NCBI GenBank assembly: GCA_902763805.1
Contig: CACWTN010000007.1
Span: 59,315-123,314 of the forward strand
Direction of reading: 5' to 3'
Length of the DNA stretch: 64,000 bases
Origin: an uncultured bacterium
Lineage (GTDB): Bacteria > Cyanobacteriota > Vampirovibrionia > Gastranaerophilales > Gastranaerophilaceae
The notes beneath the pieces were generated by a model. The model saw only the letters and a program-made list of their open reading frames with translations. It ran no database searches and was not told where the DNA came from. Position 1 is the stretch's first letter. Each line of letters opens with the position of its first letter. The position numbers and the translations under genes are program-made. Of this stretch, positions 39,328 to 48,178 are shown in pieces.

Positions 39328-42300
39328 ATGTTACAGGAAGCAACGAGAGCGATTAATTCCGCATTCAATAACAGTTTTATAAAAAAATTAAGCCAGTATC
39401 TGCACGACTGCGTAAGAGAAGAAGTAAAAAGTTCTACTTTCAGAAATCTTAAAGCAGACAAGGATAATAAATGGATTTTTCTTAACGAAAACGACACATT
39501 ATTTACTGAAGGTCTGGAATATTTAAAACTTGAAGGTTCTGACCCGAAAATCACAGAGCTTATGATTCAGGCAGATACAAGTCAAAAAGACAAGTACCTT
39601 ATATACGGATATTTGTTCCTCACCGGCAAAAGCAAATCAGGAAGAAAGAATGAGTTTCTGACTCCGCTTCTTTATGCTCCCTGCCATTTGGAGAGAAACG
39701 GTGTCAACATAAACTGTATGCTGACAGATGAGTTTATATCCCTGAATACAGGCGCACTGACTGCATTGATGAAAAAATCCGATGATGAAGATGAAACAGA
39801 ATCTCTGCTTGAAGGTCTGCTTGATGTCGTACCTTCTGTTCCGATTACGAAAGAAAAGCTTGATATATTTTTAACAACCTTGAAATCAATTGTTCCTGAT
39901 ATTGATATCTCGCTTGATGCCGGCGGAAGAATCGATGAAGATAATATAACAAAAGATTTTTACAATGAAAAAATAGATTCGCAAAATATAGATGAACTTA
40001 TAGAGGAAGAAGAAAACGCAGCTAAAAAAGCAATAAAGCTTGAAAAAATTAATATAACAAACCAATGCGCAATTATTCTTACCAAACGTCCGTCAGCTAC
40101 AGCCGGTGTTCTCCACGAACTTATACAAATAGCGGAAAAACCGAGCGGAATATACAGAGAAACTGTTTTAAACATAATCAATGAAGAATACACCCAGTCT
40201 AAACCGGTTGATTCACAGCAAAAAACACTGGAGAATTTCTTCCCGGTAACTCCGCTGTCGCTATCAGACGCACAGTTAAACGTTATCAAAAACGTTGAAA
40301 ATTCAAGACTTGTATCTGTTTTCGGGCCTCCCGGAACAGGTAAATCACAAACTATAGTCAACCTTGCCGCACACCTTATTGCAAATGGCAAAACCGTTTT
40401 AATCGCTTCTCGTATGGACAAAGCGGTTGACGTTGTTGCAGAAAGGCTTAATGAGCTGGGAGCTCCGTTTTTGGCACTGCGTGCAGGAAGGCTGAATTAT
40501 CAGAGAGAACTTTCTATGCAGCTGCAGGATCTTCTTGCAGAAAAAATTGACCTGAATGAAGGAAGCGAAAATCTTATTCAATGCAGCGTTTCGGATATGG
40601 AAGAACTGCTGAAAACAATTTCCGATATGGAAAAGAAATCCGAAAAAATAATTAAACTTGAAGAAGAATGGAACAGAATAAACGAACAGATTAAGCTTGA
40701 AGAACCGCAGCATCAGAACCATTTCTACATCAAAAAAGTTCTGAAGGGCGATGAAATTCAAACTATAGACACAACCATACGAACCCTTTCAGAAAATCAG
40801 GAAAAATCAGGATTCTGGGCAGGAATAAAAAACCATTCTTCAATTAATAATCTGAAAAAGATACTTAACCTTAAAAATTTTGATGTTAATAATGAAAATC
40901 TTTCAATTCTTCAAACAGAGCTGGAATACGCTAAGCTAATTTTTGAAGCACGAAAAATTGAAACCGAAATACAGAAAACAGGTAATATTCACGTTCTTTC
41001 GGAACAAATCCGCACTCTGAGAAAAAAACAAAAACGTCTTGCAATTGATATACTAAGAAGCAAACGCAGAGAGGCTTTACAGGGGCTTATGCACGACCCT
41101 GTCAAACGTCAAAGGTTGTTTGTTCATTCAAAATCGCTGACTGAAAGAAAGAAAAATCTTCAGAACAGACTTCTTGAACAGGAAGATTTCAGACCGCTTT
41201 TAGAGGCTTTTCCCTGCTGGTGTGTTACTACTTATGCCGCATCAGGTTCACTTCCTCTGAAACCGGGTTTATTTGATGTTGCAATTATTGATGAAGCATC
41301 ACAATGCGATATTGCAAGCTGTTTCCCGATACTTTTCAGAGCAAAACGTGCAGTTGTTGTTGGTGATGACAAGCAGTTGCCTCACCTTTCATTCCTTGAA
41401 AAAGCGAAAGAACAATCCTTTATGTCTCAATACGGAATCGGTGACAGATATCAGCTTATGTGGAGATTCAGAACGAACTCTATGTTTGATTTGGCAAATT
41501 TCTACTCTATGCACCCCGTCTTATTAGACGAACATTTCAGAAGCTTACCGCCAATAATCAATTTTTCAAACAAAGAATTTTACGGTAACAGAATTAAAGT
41601 TATGCGCAGAAATGATAACACCAAAAAAGTTTTGGAAACTGTTGTCGTACCTGACGGAAAAGTAGATTTTGACGCAACAAGAAACCTGCCCGAAATAGAG
41701 GCGCTTGTCCAAAGACTTCACGAAATAGTTGTTGAAGATGAGCGTAAAAACCCTGAACATCCTGTTTCTATCGGCATAATTTCACCGTTCAGAGCTCAGG
41801 TTGAACAACTTAAAATCTCTGTTGCAAGAGTTTTAACCGAACACATGATGGAAAAACACCAGATAGAAATCGGTACAGCACACACCTTCCAGGGTGATGA
41901 AAGAGATATTATACTAATATCCTGGGCATACGCAAACAACAGTTTTCCGCAAAGTTTAATCTTCCTGCAAAAGCCAAACCTGTTTAACGTTGCAATTACA
42001 AGGGCAAGATATCAGATGATTAACTTTATCTCCAAAAATCCGAGAGAACTGCCCGAAGGTATATTAAGAAGTTATCTGGGCTTTGTAGAAGAATATGAAA
42101 ACAGATATAAACTTGCTCAATCAGACGAGTTTGACGAAAATATTTACAAAAACTCATTTGAGAAGGAAGTTGCAGAAGCCTTCCGTACCATCGGGCACAA
42201 GGTTACCTGCGGAGTTGATATTGCGGGACTTAGTGCCGACCTGCTTGTTGATGACAAGTTTGTTGTAGAATGCGACGGTGTCGAGGACAAAACTCCTTCA

Positions 42301-42429
42301 CGGGTTTCAAATATGAAAAAACAGACAATATTTGAACGCTCAGGCTTAAAAGTTTCAAGAATATCAGCAAGGGAATGGCAATATTCACCAAAAGCCTGTA
42401 TTGACAGGATTATAAACAGTAATTTATAA
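39328..42429 (+). CDS. DUF4011-like / SF1 (Upf1-like, AAA_11+AAA_12) helicase fused to a C-terminal Vsr/DUF559-type endonuclease domain
   Basis: Walker A 'GPPGTGKSQT' (aa 333-342), 'IIDEASQ' (653-659), 'VVVGDDKQLP', 'LLDEHFRS', 'GTAHTFQGDERDIIL' and 'NVAITRAR'. A long coiled-coil insert lies between motifs I and II. The C-terminal 'FEKEVAEAF...GVDIAGLSADLLVDDKFVVECDG...ISAREW' (aa about 940-1025) is restriction-endonuclease-like. Confidence 0.8.
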   Translation: MLQEATRAINSAFNNSFIKKLSQYLHDCVREEVKSSTFRNLKADKDNKWIFLNENDTLFTEGLEYLKLEGSDPKITELMIQADTSQKDKYLIYGYLFLTGKSKSGRKNEFLTPLLYAPCHLERNGVNINCMLTDEFISLNTGALTALMKKSDDEDETESLLEGLLDVVPSVPITKEKLDIFLTTLKSIVPDIDISLDAGGRIDEDNITKDFYNEKIDSQNIDELIEEEENAAKKAIKLEKINITNQCAIILTKRPSATAGVLHELIQIAEKPSGIYRETVLNIINEEYTQSKPVDSQQKTLENFFPVTPLSLSDAQLNVIKNVENSRLVSVFGPPGTGKSQTIVNLAAHLIANGKTVLIASRMDKAVDVVAERLNELGAPFLALRAGRLNYQRELSMQLQDLLAEKIDLNEGSENLIQCSVSDMEELLKTISDMEKKSEKIIKLEEEWNRINEQIKLEEPQHQNHFYIKKVLKGDEIQTIDTTIRTLSENQEKSGFWAGIKNHSSINNLKKILNLKNFDVNNENLSILQTELEYAKLIFEARKIETEIQKTGNIHVLSEQIRTLRKKQKRLAIDILRSKRREALQGLMHDPVKRQRLFVHSKSLTERKKNLQNRLLEQEDFRPLLEAFPCWCVTTYAASGSLPLKPGLFDVAIIDEASQCDIASCFPILFRAKRAVVVGDDKQLPHLSFLEKAKEQSFMSQYGIGDRYQLMWRFRTNSMFDLANFYSMHPVLLDEHFRSLPPIINFSNKEFYGNRIKVMRRNDNTKKVLETVVVPDGKVDFDATRNLPEIEALVQRLHEIVVEDERKNPEHPVSIGIISPFRAQVEQLKISVARVLTEHMMEKHQIEIGTAHTFQGDERDIILISWAYANNSFPQSLIFLQKPNLFNVAITRARYQMINFISKNPRELPEGILRSYLGFVEEYENRYKLAQSDEFDENIYKNSFEKEVAEAFRTIGHKVTCGVDIAGLSADLLVDDKFVVECDGVEDKTPSRVSNMKKQTIFERSGLKVSRISAREWQYSPKACIDRIINSNL

Positions 42430-42436
42430 AATAATA

Positions 42437-42464
42437 AAACCTTCGTTAAAGCGAAGGTTTTTTA
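42437..42464 (+). terminator. Rho-independent terminator after the helicase-nuclease gene
   Basis: AAAACCTTCG-ttaaag-CGAAGGTTTTTT: a 10-bp stem including the A/T extension, followed by a T-run. Confidence 0.8.
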
Positions 42465-42554
42465 ATCTCCTTTTTAAAACTATTTCATCTATATGTTTGA
42501 TTACAGGGATGGAAAAATCTTATAGACTGATGATAGCAATTTATGGGGAGAGAT

Positions 42555-43430
42555 ATGGCGAAATCAAATTTAAAGTTAAAACCTGCTGAGAGAAAAAACA
42601 ACCTTAAAGTTGTTACAAAACCCGACGTAAAAACCACAAAATACAGTGATATCAACCTTAATAAATGGAAGGAGTATCCTCACATAAAAACTGATACTTT
42701 GTGGGAATTTCCGACTCGTCTTAAAGAAGGCGGACATTCTAACGAATACCACGGAAACTATATACCGCAAATTGCACAGCAGTTATATGAAAGATTTACC
42801 AAAGAAAACGATATAGTTTTGGACTTATTCTTTGGTTCAGGAACATCAGGCATTGAAGCTGTCAATATGAAACGAAGATGCATCGGTGTTGAACTCAAAG
42901 ACGAACTTGCAGAGAAAGTTTCAGAAAAATTCACACCGAAACAGCTTGTAACAGATGTAAACATAATCTGCGCAGATTCCGCAAGCGAGCTTGCAAAAGA
43001 AAAGGTTCAGGCGCGTCTTGATATAATGGGCAAAAAACAGGCACAGCTTCTTATTCTTCATCCGCCGTATGATGATATCATTAAGTTCTCTGATAAAAAA
43101 GAAGATTTATCAAACTGTTCATCTACGGAAGAATTTTATGACCTGTTTGAAAAAGTTGCAAAAAACGGATACGATATGCTTGAAAAAGGCAGATTTGCGG
43201 CATTAATAATCGGTGACAGCTATAAAAATTCCGAAGTTCAGCCCCTCGGGTTTATGTGTATGGCACGCATGATGAACCTCGGATTTAAGCTCAAAGGTAT
43301 TATCGTAAAAGATATTCAGGGTAACGAAAGAGCCAAGGGCAAAACAGCTAACCTCTGGAGGTACAGAGCCCTCGCAGGCGGATTTTATATCTTCAAACAC
43401 GAATACGTTATGATTTTCCAGAAGGGATAA
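42555..43430 (+). CDS. SAM-dependent methyltransferase with N4/N6 amino-methyltransferase motifs (DNA or RNA target unresolved)
   Basis: Motif X/I block 'HGNYIPQIAQQLYERFTKENDIVLDLFFGSGTSGIEAVNMKRRCIGVE' is followed about 70 aa later by motif IV 'LLILHPPYDD'. The start at MAKSN has a GGGGAGAG RBS. The ORF stays open to 42543. Confidence 0.65.
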   Translation: MAKSNLKLKPAERKNNLKVVTKPDVKTTKYSDINLNKWKEYPHIKTDTLWEFPTRLKEGGHSNEYHGNYIPQIAQQLYERFTKENDIVLDLFFGSGTSGIEAVNMKRRCIGVELKDELAEKVSEKFTPKQLVTDVNIICADSASELAKEKVQARLDIMGKKQAQLLILHPPYDDIIKFSDKKEDLSNCSSTEEFYDLFEKVAKNGYDMLEKGRFAALIIGDSYKNSEVQPLGFMCMARMMNLGFKLKGIIVKDIQGNERAKGKTANLWRYRALAGGFYIFKHEYVMIFQKG

Positions 43431-43440
43431 GTTATATATT

Positions 43441-43731
43441 TTGCTTAAACTTACAAACGAAGGAATTTTAGTTAACCTGAAAATCATACCTAACTCATCA
43501 AAAAATGACATTGTTTTGGAAGATGAGTTCATCAAGGTTAAAATTACGGCGCAGCCAATTGAAGGAAAAGCAAATAAAGCGCTAGTTGAATTTTTGTCAA
43601 AAAAATTCAAAATACCAAAAACAAGTATAGAAATAGTCAAAGGCGATACTAACAAAGAAAAAACTTTGTTATTCAAAACTACAGATGCCGAAAAGCAAAA
43701 TTTGATAGTTTCTTCATTGACAAAGGGGTAA
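43441..43731 (+). CDS. DUF167 (YggU) family protein
   Basis: TTG start 10 nt after the methyltransferase stop. 'ITAQPIEGKANKALVEFLSKKFKIPKTSIEIVKGDTNKEK' matches the YggU signature. Confidence 0.7.
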   Translation: MLKLTNEGILVNLKIIPNSSKNDIVLEDEFIKVKITAQPIEGKANKALVEFLSKKFKIPKTSIEIVKGDTNKEKTLLFKTTDAEKQNLIVSSLTKG

Positions 43732-43824
43732 ATGCAGAAACGACAGTGGTTCAAAATATCAGGTTTGTTGACAAAAAGTTAAAAAAAATATAGTATTTAT
43801 AATAGAAAGCAGGGTTTCGGAATA

Positions 43825-44127
43825 ATGTATAAACGTTGGTATGATGTTGATCCTACAGTGAGTCTGGCAGTTAGTTTAATGCGTAATGCAAATATTATTA
43901 CGCAGTATAAGTGCGCAGATTTAATCGTAAAAACAGCTCAGGAAAACGGATTTAATTTATCGGAAAATCCTATTACCGACGCCTTCACATACATTTTAAG
44001 AAGATGGTATGATACCGACCAGAAAATTGCAGAAGCTTTTGAATACCTGAAATTACTCCCGCTTCCTGTTCAGAAAGCCGTGTCTTTGGAAATTATTAAT
44101 CTGTTACAGACTGAAGAAGACGGTTAA
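43825..44127 (+). CDS. Small hypothetical protein with an internal 'RWYD' duplication
   Basis: 100 aa. 'KRWYDVDPTVSLAVSL' and 'RRWYDTDQKIAEAFEYL' are repeated about 60 aa apart. The stop is 3 nt before the next gene. Confidence 0.5.
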   Translation: MYKRWYDVDPTVSLAVSLMRNANIITQYKCADLIVKTAQENGFNLSENPITDAFTYILRRWYDTDQKIAEAFEYLKLLPLPVQKAVSLEIINLLQTEEDG

Positions 44128-44130
44128 GAT

Positions 44131-45447
44131 ATGGAAAGCATTATCAGATTTGTTACCAACCCTGCATTATTATCGGTTATTTTATTGTGCGTACTTTGCC
44201 TGCGCAAAGTTAACGTTCTGCTTGCAATAATTATTTCAACACTCGCAGCAGGCGTTCTTTCAGGAATGAACATAAAGAACGTAATGGATGTATTTATCTC
44301 AGGAATGGGAGGAAACTCCGAAACAGCACTCAGTTATATTCTGCTCGGAGCTTTTGCCGCAACAATGGCACACTCAGGGTTTACGGACGTAATCTCAAAT
44401 AAAATAGCAAAATTTGTATCGGGTAAAAAATTGGTTTTGCTTTCGGTTTTAGCCTTAATAGCAATGGCTTCCCAGAACATTATACCAATCCATATCGCAT
44501 TTATTCCGATTATTATTCCTCCGCTTTTGAGCGTTATGAACGAGCTTAAACTCGACAGACGTGCAGTTGCCTGCGTTCTTGCTTTCGGGTTAAAAATGCC
44601 GTATATTGCAATTCCGGTTGGTTTCGGTCTGATTTTTCAGAACCTTATTGCTGATAATATGATACAAAACGGAGTTAACATTTTAAGAGCCGATATCTGG
44701 AAAATGACCTTAATCCTTGGCGTTGGTATGCTGGCAGGACTATTAACCGCACTTTTTCTTACTTACAGAAAACCGAGAGAATATGAAAACAAAACAATTT
44801 TAAACAATAACATTAAAGACGTAAAATTTCTTCCAAATCACTGGATAATAATAATTGCCGCAATAGCAACTTTCATAGTTCAGCTTCTGACCAAATCGCT
44901 TCCGTTGGGAGCGCTCGTCGGACTTGGTATAATTTTCTCATTCAGAGTTATACCCCAGGACAAAATGGACCATATGATGAACGAAGGGATTTATCTTATG
45001 GGATACGTTGCTTTTGTAATGCTTGTTGCAGCAGGTTTCGCATCCGTTCTCAAAGAAACGGGAACGATTGAAGCTTTGGTTAATCTTGTGCTGAATTATT
45101 TACCGCAAAATATTATTCTGACATCATTTATTATTTTAATACTCGGACTATTTATCACGGTCGGAATCGGCACTTCATTTGGTACTATACCGATTATAGC
45201 CGTATTATTTATTCCTGTCTGCGTAAAAATGGGATTTAATCCTCAGCAGATGGTTGTACTTATTGCAGCTGCAGCAGCTCTCGGCGATGCAGGTTCGCCT
45301 GCGTCGGATACAACGCTGGGTCCGACATCAGGACTGAATGCTGACGGTCAGCATAACCACATTTTTGATACCTGTATTCCAACCTTCTTACATTACAACA
45401 CTGCTTTAATTCTTTTTGCTCTAATCGGAGTTTGGATATTCGGATAA
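44131..45447 (+). CDS. Polytopic membrane transporter (Na+/H+ antiporter-family-like)
   Basis: 438 aa with 10 or more hydrophobic helices. The general pattern resembles NhaC/YuiF-type carriers. No diagnostic motif could be verified by eye. Confidence 0.45.
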   Translation: MESIIRFVTNPALLSVILLCVLCLRKVNVLLAIIISTLAAGVLSGMNIKNVMDVFISGMGGNSETALSYILLGAFAATMAHSGFTDVISNKIAKFVSGKKLVLLSVLALIAMASQNIIPIHIAFIPIIIPPLLSVMNELKLDRRAVACVLAFGLKMPYIAIPVGFGLIFQNLIADNMIQNGVNILRADIWKMTLILGVGMLAGLLTALFLTYRKPREYENKTILNNNIKDVKFLPNHWIIIIAAIATFIVQLLTKSLPLGALVGLGIIFSFRVIPQDKMDHMMNEGIYLMGYVAFVMLVAAGFASVLKETGTIEALVNLVLNYLPQNIILTSFIILILGLFITVGIGTSFGTIPIIAVLFIPVCVKMGFNPQQMVVLIAAAAALGDAGSPASDTTLGPTSGLNADGQHNHIFDTCIPTFLHYNTALILFALIGVWIFG

Positions 45448-45484
45448 AATAGCAAAAATTTTTTTCACGGGGTTTTAACGTAGT

Positions 45485-46849
45485 ATGAAAGCTGCGTTAT
45501 GTTACTGTCAATATTCTGCACCCTCTTTTTTCGGATATAAAGAGGCTAAAACATACGCAAACCGCACGAGGCTATTCAACAAATTTATTAACAGAAAGCT
45601 TTACAACTGCAACTTAAATAAACTTGAGGGTATTCAGGAGGGGCTAAAAACTTTTGAAGGCTTATCAATGAAACAAATTGCCTTTGCTCTCACTGATTTG
45701 CACTCAATTAATATGATAAGAGGGTGTATAAACCACTGTCTGCACTGTTACGCAAATGCTCAGCCGTTTTTTTCACGGGCACCGTTTGAGAGTTTTAAGC
45801 AAATAATGGATGACATACTGGCTCTGAAAAAAAGGATAGGAATAAATCCCGTTTCACACAGAGGCGACAAATACGTTGATTGCTACTTTGACGCAGACGG
45901 TCTTAATATGCATTTATTTGATAAAGAGGGTAAAAAACATGACGCCGTTGAACTCGGCACACTTATTCACAAATCAACTGGTATGAAGGCAGTTTTTGAC
46001 ACAAACGGCTGGGACAGGAATGACAGGGAAAAACAAAAAATTGCGGAAGATTATGTCAAAAAACTTTTGAAAAATAAAAACTCCAAACATTTTTATCAGA
46101 TTAATATTTCGCTCAACCCGTTTAATCCCAATTATGTGAAAGCCTTAAAGGACGGATATAATCCCGAAACATATTCGCCTTTTATACCTATAGACGAGGT
46201 TATGAACCCAAAAGAGCCAACTCCGTTAAAAAAAGCAGAAGAAAGATACAGAGAATACGTTAAAAACGAAGCAAATATTTTATTCACATTTACACCTTTG
46301 CTTCTGAAAGGCAAACTTGGCGCTATTATAAGAGGACTTGATAAAAAAATTCCAAAAATGGAAGGGTGTTACCTTGAGGATTACACAACTACACTGAGTA
46401 ATATTCTCGGAAATCTGGAATGGTTATACCGTGCTGATTTAATCGGCGAACAAAAAGTTATTAAAAATGAAAAAATGCTTAAAAAAGCAATGCGTCTGTA
46501 CTTAAAACGACTTAATAAAAATTCTGATTTTCTTTTCAGCTCGGGCAGAATGGAAAAATTCTACAAAGTTAAACACAACGGCTCGCTTAAAGGTATTGAA
46601 AAAATCGATAATCTCAGAAAACGAAGCAAAAGGAATTTTGCAAAACTTATGATGACCAAAAAGTTATCTTCCGTTGATTTAATGTACCTCAAAATGATAA
46701 ACTCTGACGGAAAAGTCTTTTTATACGATAACTATGCCGTTATCCCGACAGACATTCAGCTTAATACCGGCAACAAACCGCTGCAAAAACCATTCTGGAT
46801 AAAAGTAAAAGATTTTGTCTTAAAAACGGATATGATTGACCGTATTTAA
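45485..46849 (+). CDS. Radical-SAM-like protein of an uncharacterised family (paralog of 24..1193)
   Basis: 'IRGCINHCLHC' is a CX3CX2C motif. The blocks shared with ORF 24..1193 are listed under that feature. It carries an extra Lys-rich C-terminal region. Confidence 0.45.
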   Translation: MKAALCYCQYSAPSFFGYKEAKTYANRTRLFNKFINRKLYNCNLNKLEGIQEGLKTFEGLSMKQIAFALTDLHSINMIRGCINHCLHCYANAQPFFSRAPFESFKQIMDDILALKKRIGINPVSHRGDKYVDCYFDADGLNMHLFDKEGKKHDAVELGTLIHKSTGMKAVFDTNGWDRNDREKQKIAEDYVKKLLKNKNSKHFYQINISLNPFNPNYVKALKDGYNPETYSPFIPIDEVMNPKEPTPLKKAEERYREYVKNEANILFTFTPLLLKGKLGAIIRGLDKKIPKMEGCYLEDYTTTLSNILGNLEWLYRADLIGEQKVIKNEKMLKKAMRLYLKRLNKNSDFLFSSGRMEKFYKVKHNGSLKGIEKIDNLRKRSKRNFAKLMMTKKLSSVDLMYLKMINSDGKVFLYDNYAVIPTDIQLNTGNKPLQKPFWIKVKDFVLKTDMIDRI

Positions 46850-46852
46850 CGG

Positions 46853-48067
46853 TTATTTTTTCTTCTCAATTTTGAGCGCATCAAATTTTGCCTGCATTGT
46901 AGGGTTATTTTTTGTAAGTTTTTTTATAGTCAAATCTTCAACTTTGTTATTAGCAGAGTTAAGGTGTTTTTCAGACAGCACAAGGGCATCTCTTATATTC
47001 TGAAGATTTTTTATAGCCTTATCAATGCCTGATATTGCCTCGTCAAATCTTGCACTTGCGTCCTTAACATTTTTGAAAAACTTTTCCTTAAACTCGTTCA
47101 TCTCTGCTTCAAAATTTGATACATCAATATTCTGAGCTTTTACTAAAGCCAGCTCTTTTCGGTATTCGATAGAGTTTGATGCGGCATTTCTTAACAGAGT
47201 AATTATCGGAATAAAGAACTGAGGTCTTATCACGTACATTTTTTCATATCTGTGAGAAACATCGACAATTCCTGAGTTATAAAGTTCATTTTCAGGCTCA
47301 AGCATTGAAACCAGTACTGCATATTCACATTTTTTCTCTCGTCTGTCTTTATCAAGCTCTTTGAAAAAGTCCTCGTTTTTCTTTTTCTTTGAACCTGAAT
47401 CCGCCTCATTTTTCATCTCAAACATTATTGATATAAACTCATTACCGAGTTCGTCAAAATCTCTGAAAATATAATCACCCTTGCTTCCTGTTGCAGCATC
47501 ATTATCTTTTTCAAAATACGCTCCCTGAAAAGCTGTCGGTCTTAATTGATTAAATGAGAGTTCACAGTGCTGTTCAAGGCTTTCGCCAATCATTTTAGTT
47601 GATAATCTCGATTTAAAATCTTTGTACCGTTCTATTTCTTCTTCCTTAAACCGAAGCTGAGTTTCATATTGTTCTTTCAGAGTTTGCTCTTTGAGCAGGC
47701 ATTCCTTTTCGGTTAATGCTTTTTCCCCGGACAATTTATTTATGCAGTTATCTTTTTCCGCAAGTTCGGAATTTTTTTGAGCAAGAAGTCTGCTGATTTC
47801 AAGCTCCTTATCCTTATCAAAAGATGAAAGTCTGGATTTGTACTCCGATATTTCATTTTCTTTTGCCGTTAATTTTTCATTGAATATTCTTTCAGCTTCA
47901 AGACGCGCAAGCTGAACAGCATTCTCTTTTTCAGCCTCAAAGCGTTCTTCTCTTTCGGACAGCTCTTTTGTAAATTCCCTGTCCCTGACCTGCTTAACTA
48001 TTGCAGAATAACCAGATTCATCAACCTGAAAAACTTCACCGCATTTCGGACATTTTATCTCTTGCAT
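46853..48067 (-). CDS. DUF2130-like protein: N-terminal Zn-ribbon, coiled coil, C-terminal PD-(D/E)xK-like domain
   Basis: 'KCPKCGEVFQVDESGY' N-terminus. Coiled coil at aa about 30-150. 'GESLEQHCE ... GDYIFRD ... IMFEMKNE' gives an E / D / ExK arrangement (D198, E217, K219). Confidence 0.6.
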   Translation of the reverse strand: MQEIKCPKCGEVFQVDESGYSAIVKQVRDREFTKELSEREERFEAEKENAVQLARLEAERIFNEKLTAKENEISEYKSRLSSFDKDKELEISRLLAQKNSELAEKDNCINKLSGEKALTEKECLLKEQTLKEQYETQLRFKEEEIERYKDFKSRLSTKMIGESLEQHCELSFNQLRPTAFQGAYFEKDNDAATGSKGDYIFRDFDELGNEFISIMFEMKNEADSGSKKKKNEDFFKELDKDRREKKCEYAVLVSMLEPENELYNSGIVDVSHRYEKMYVIRPQFFIPIITLLRNAASNSIEYRKELALVKAQNIDVSNFEAEMNEFKEKFFKNVKDASARFDEAISGIDKAIKNLQNIRDALVLSEKHLNSANNKVEDLTIKKLTKNNPTMQAKFDALKIEKKK

Positions 48068-48178
48068 ATTCCCGACCTTTCCCTAAAACTTATCTCATTA
48101 TAGATTACAAAACAGAATACCGTCAACTTTATACAAAGAATTGACACGGCAAAGTTTTATCTTTACCATATAATCATA

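Noticed and set aside
39237-39554. A 105-aa minus-strand ORF overlapping the promoter and the first 75 codons of the helicase-nuclease gene.
   Set aside because: It has no RBS or recognisable motif and overlaps a well-supported promoter/RBS/ATG on the other strand. It is most likely a chance ORF.
43203-43754. A 183-aa minus-strand ORF spanning the 3' end of the methyltransferase gene and all of the DUF167 gene.
   Set aside because: It is antisense to two genes with clear family signatures. It has no RBS, and its sequence is hydrophobic and low-complexity, as is typical of antisense frames.
44131-46849. The radical-SAM-like gene as part of a RiPP or cofactor biosynthetic cluster.
   Set aside because: There is no small precursor-peptide ORF, SPASM/twitch extension, peptidase or dedicated exporter adjacent. 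The upstream transporter looks like an ion/solute carrier, and the downstream gene is on the opposite strand.
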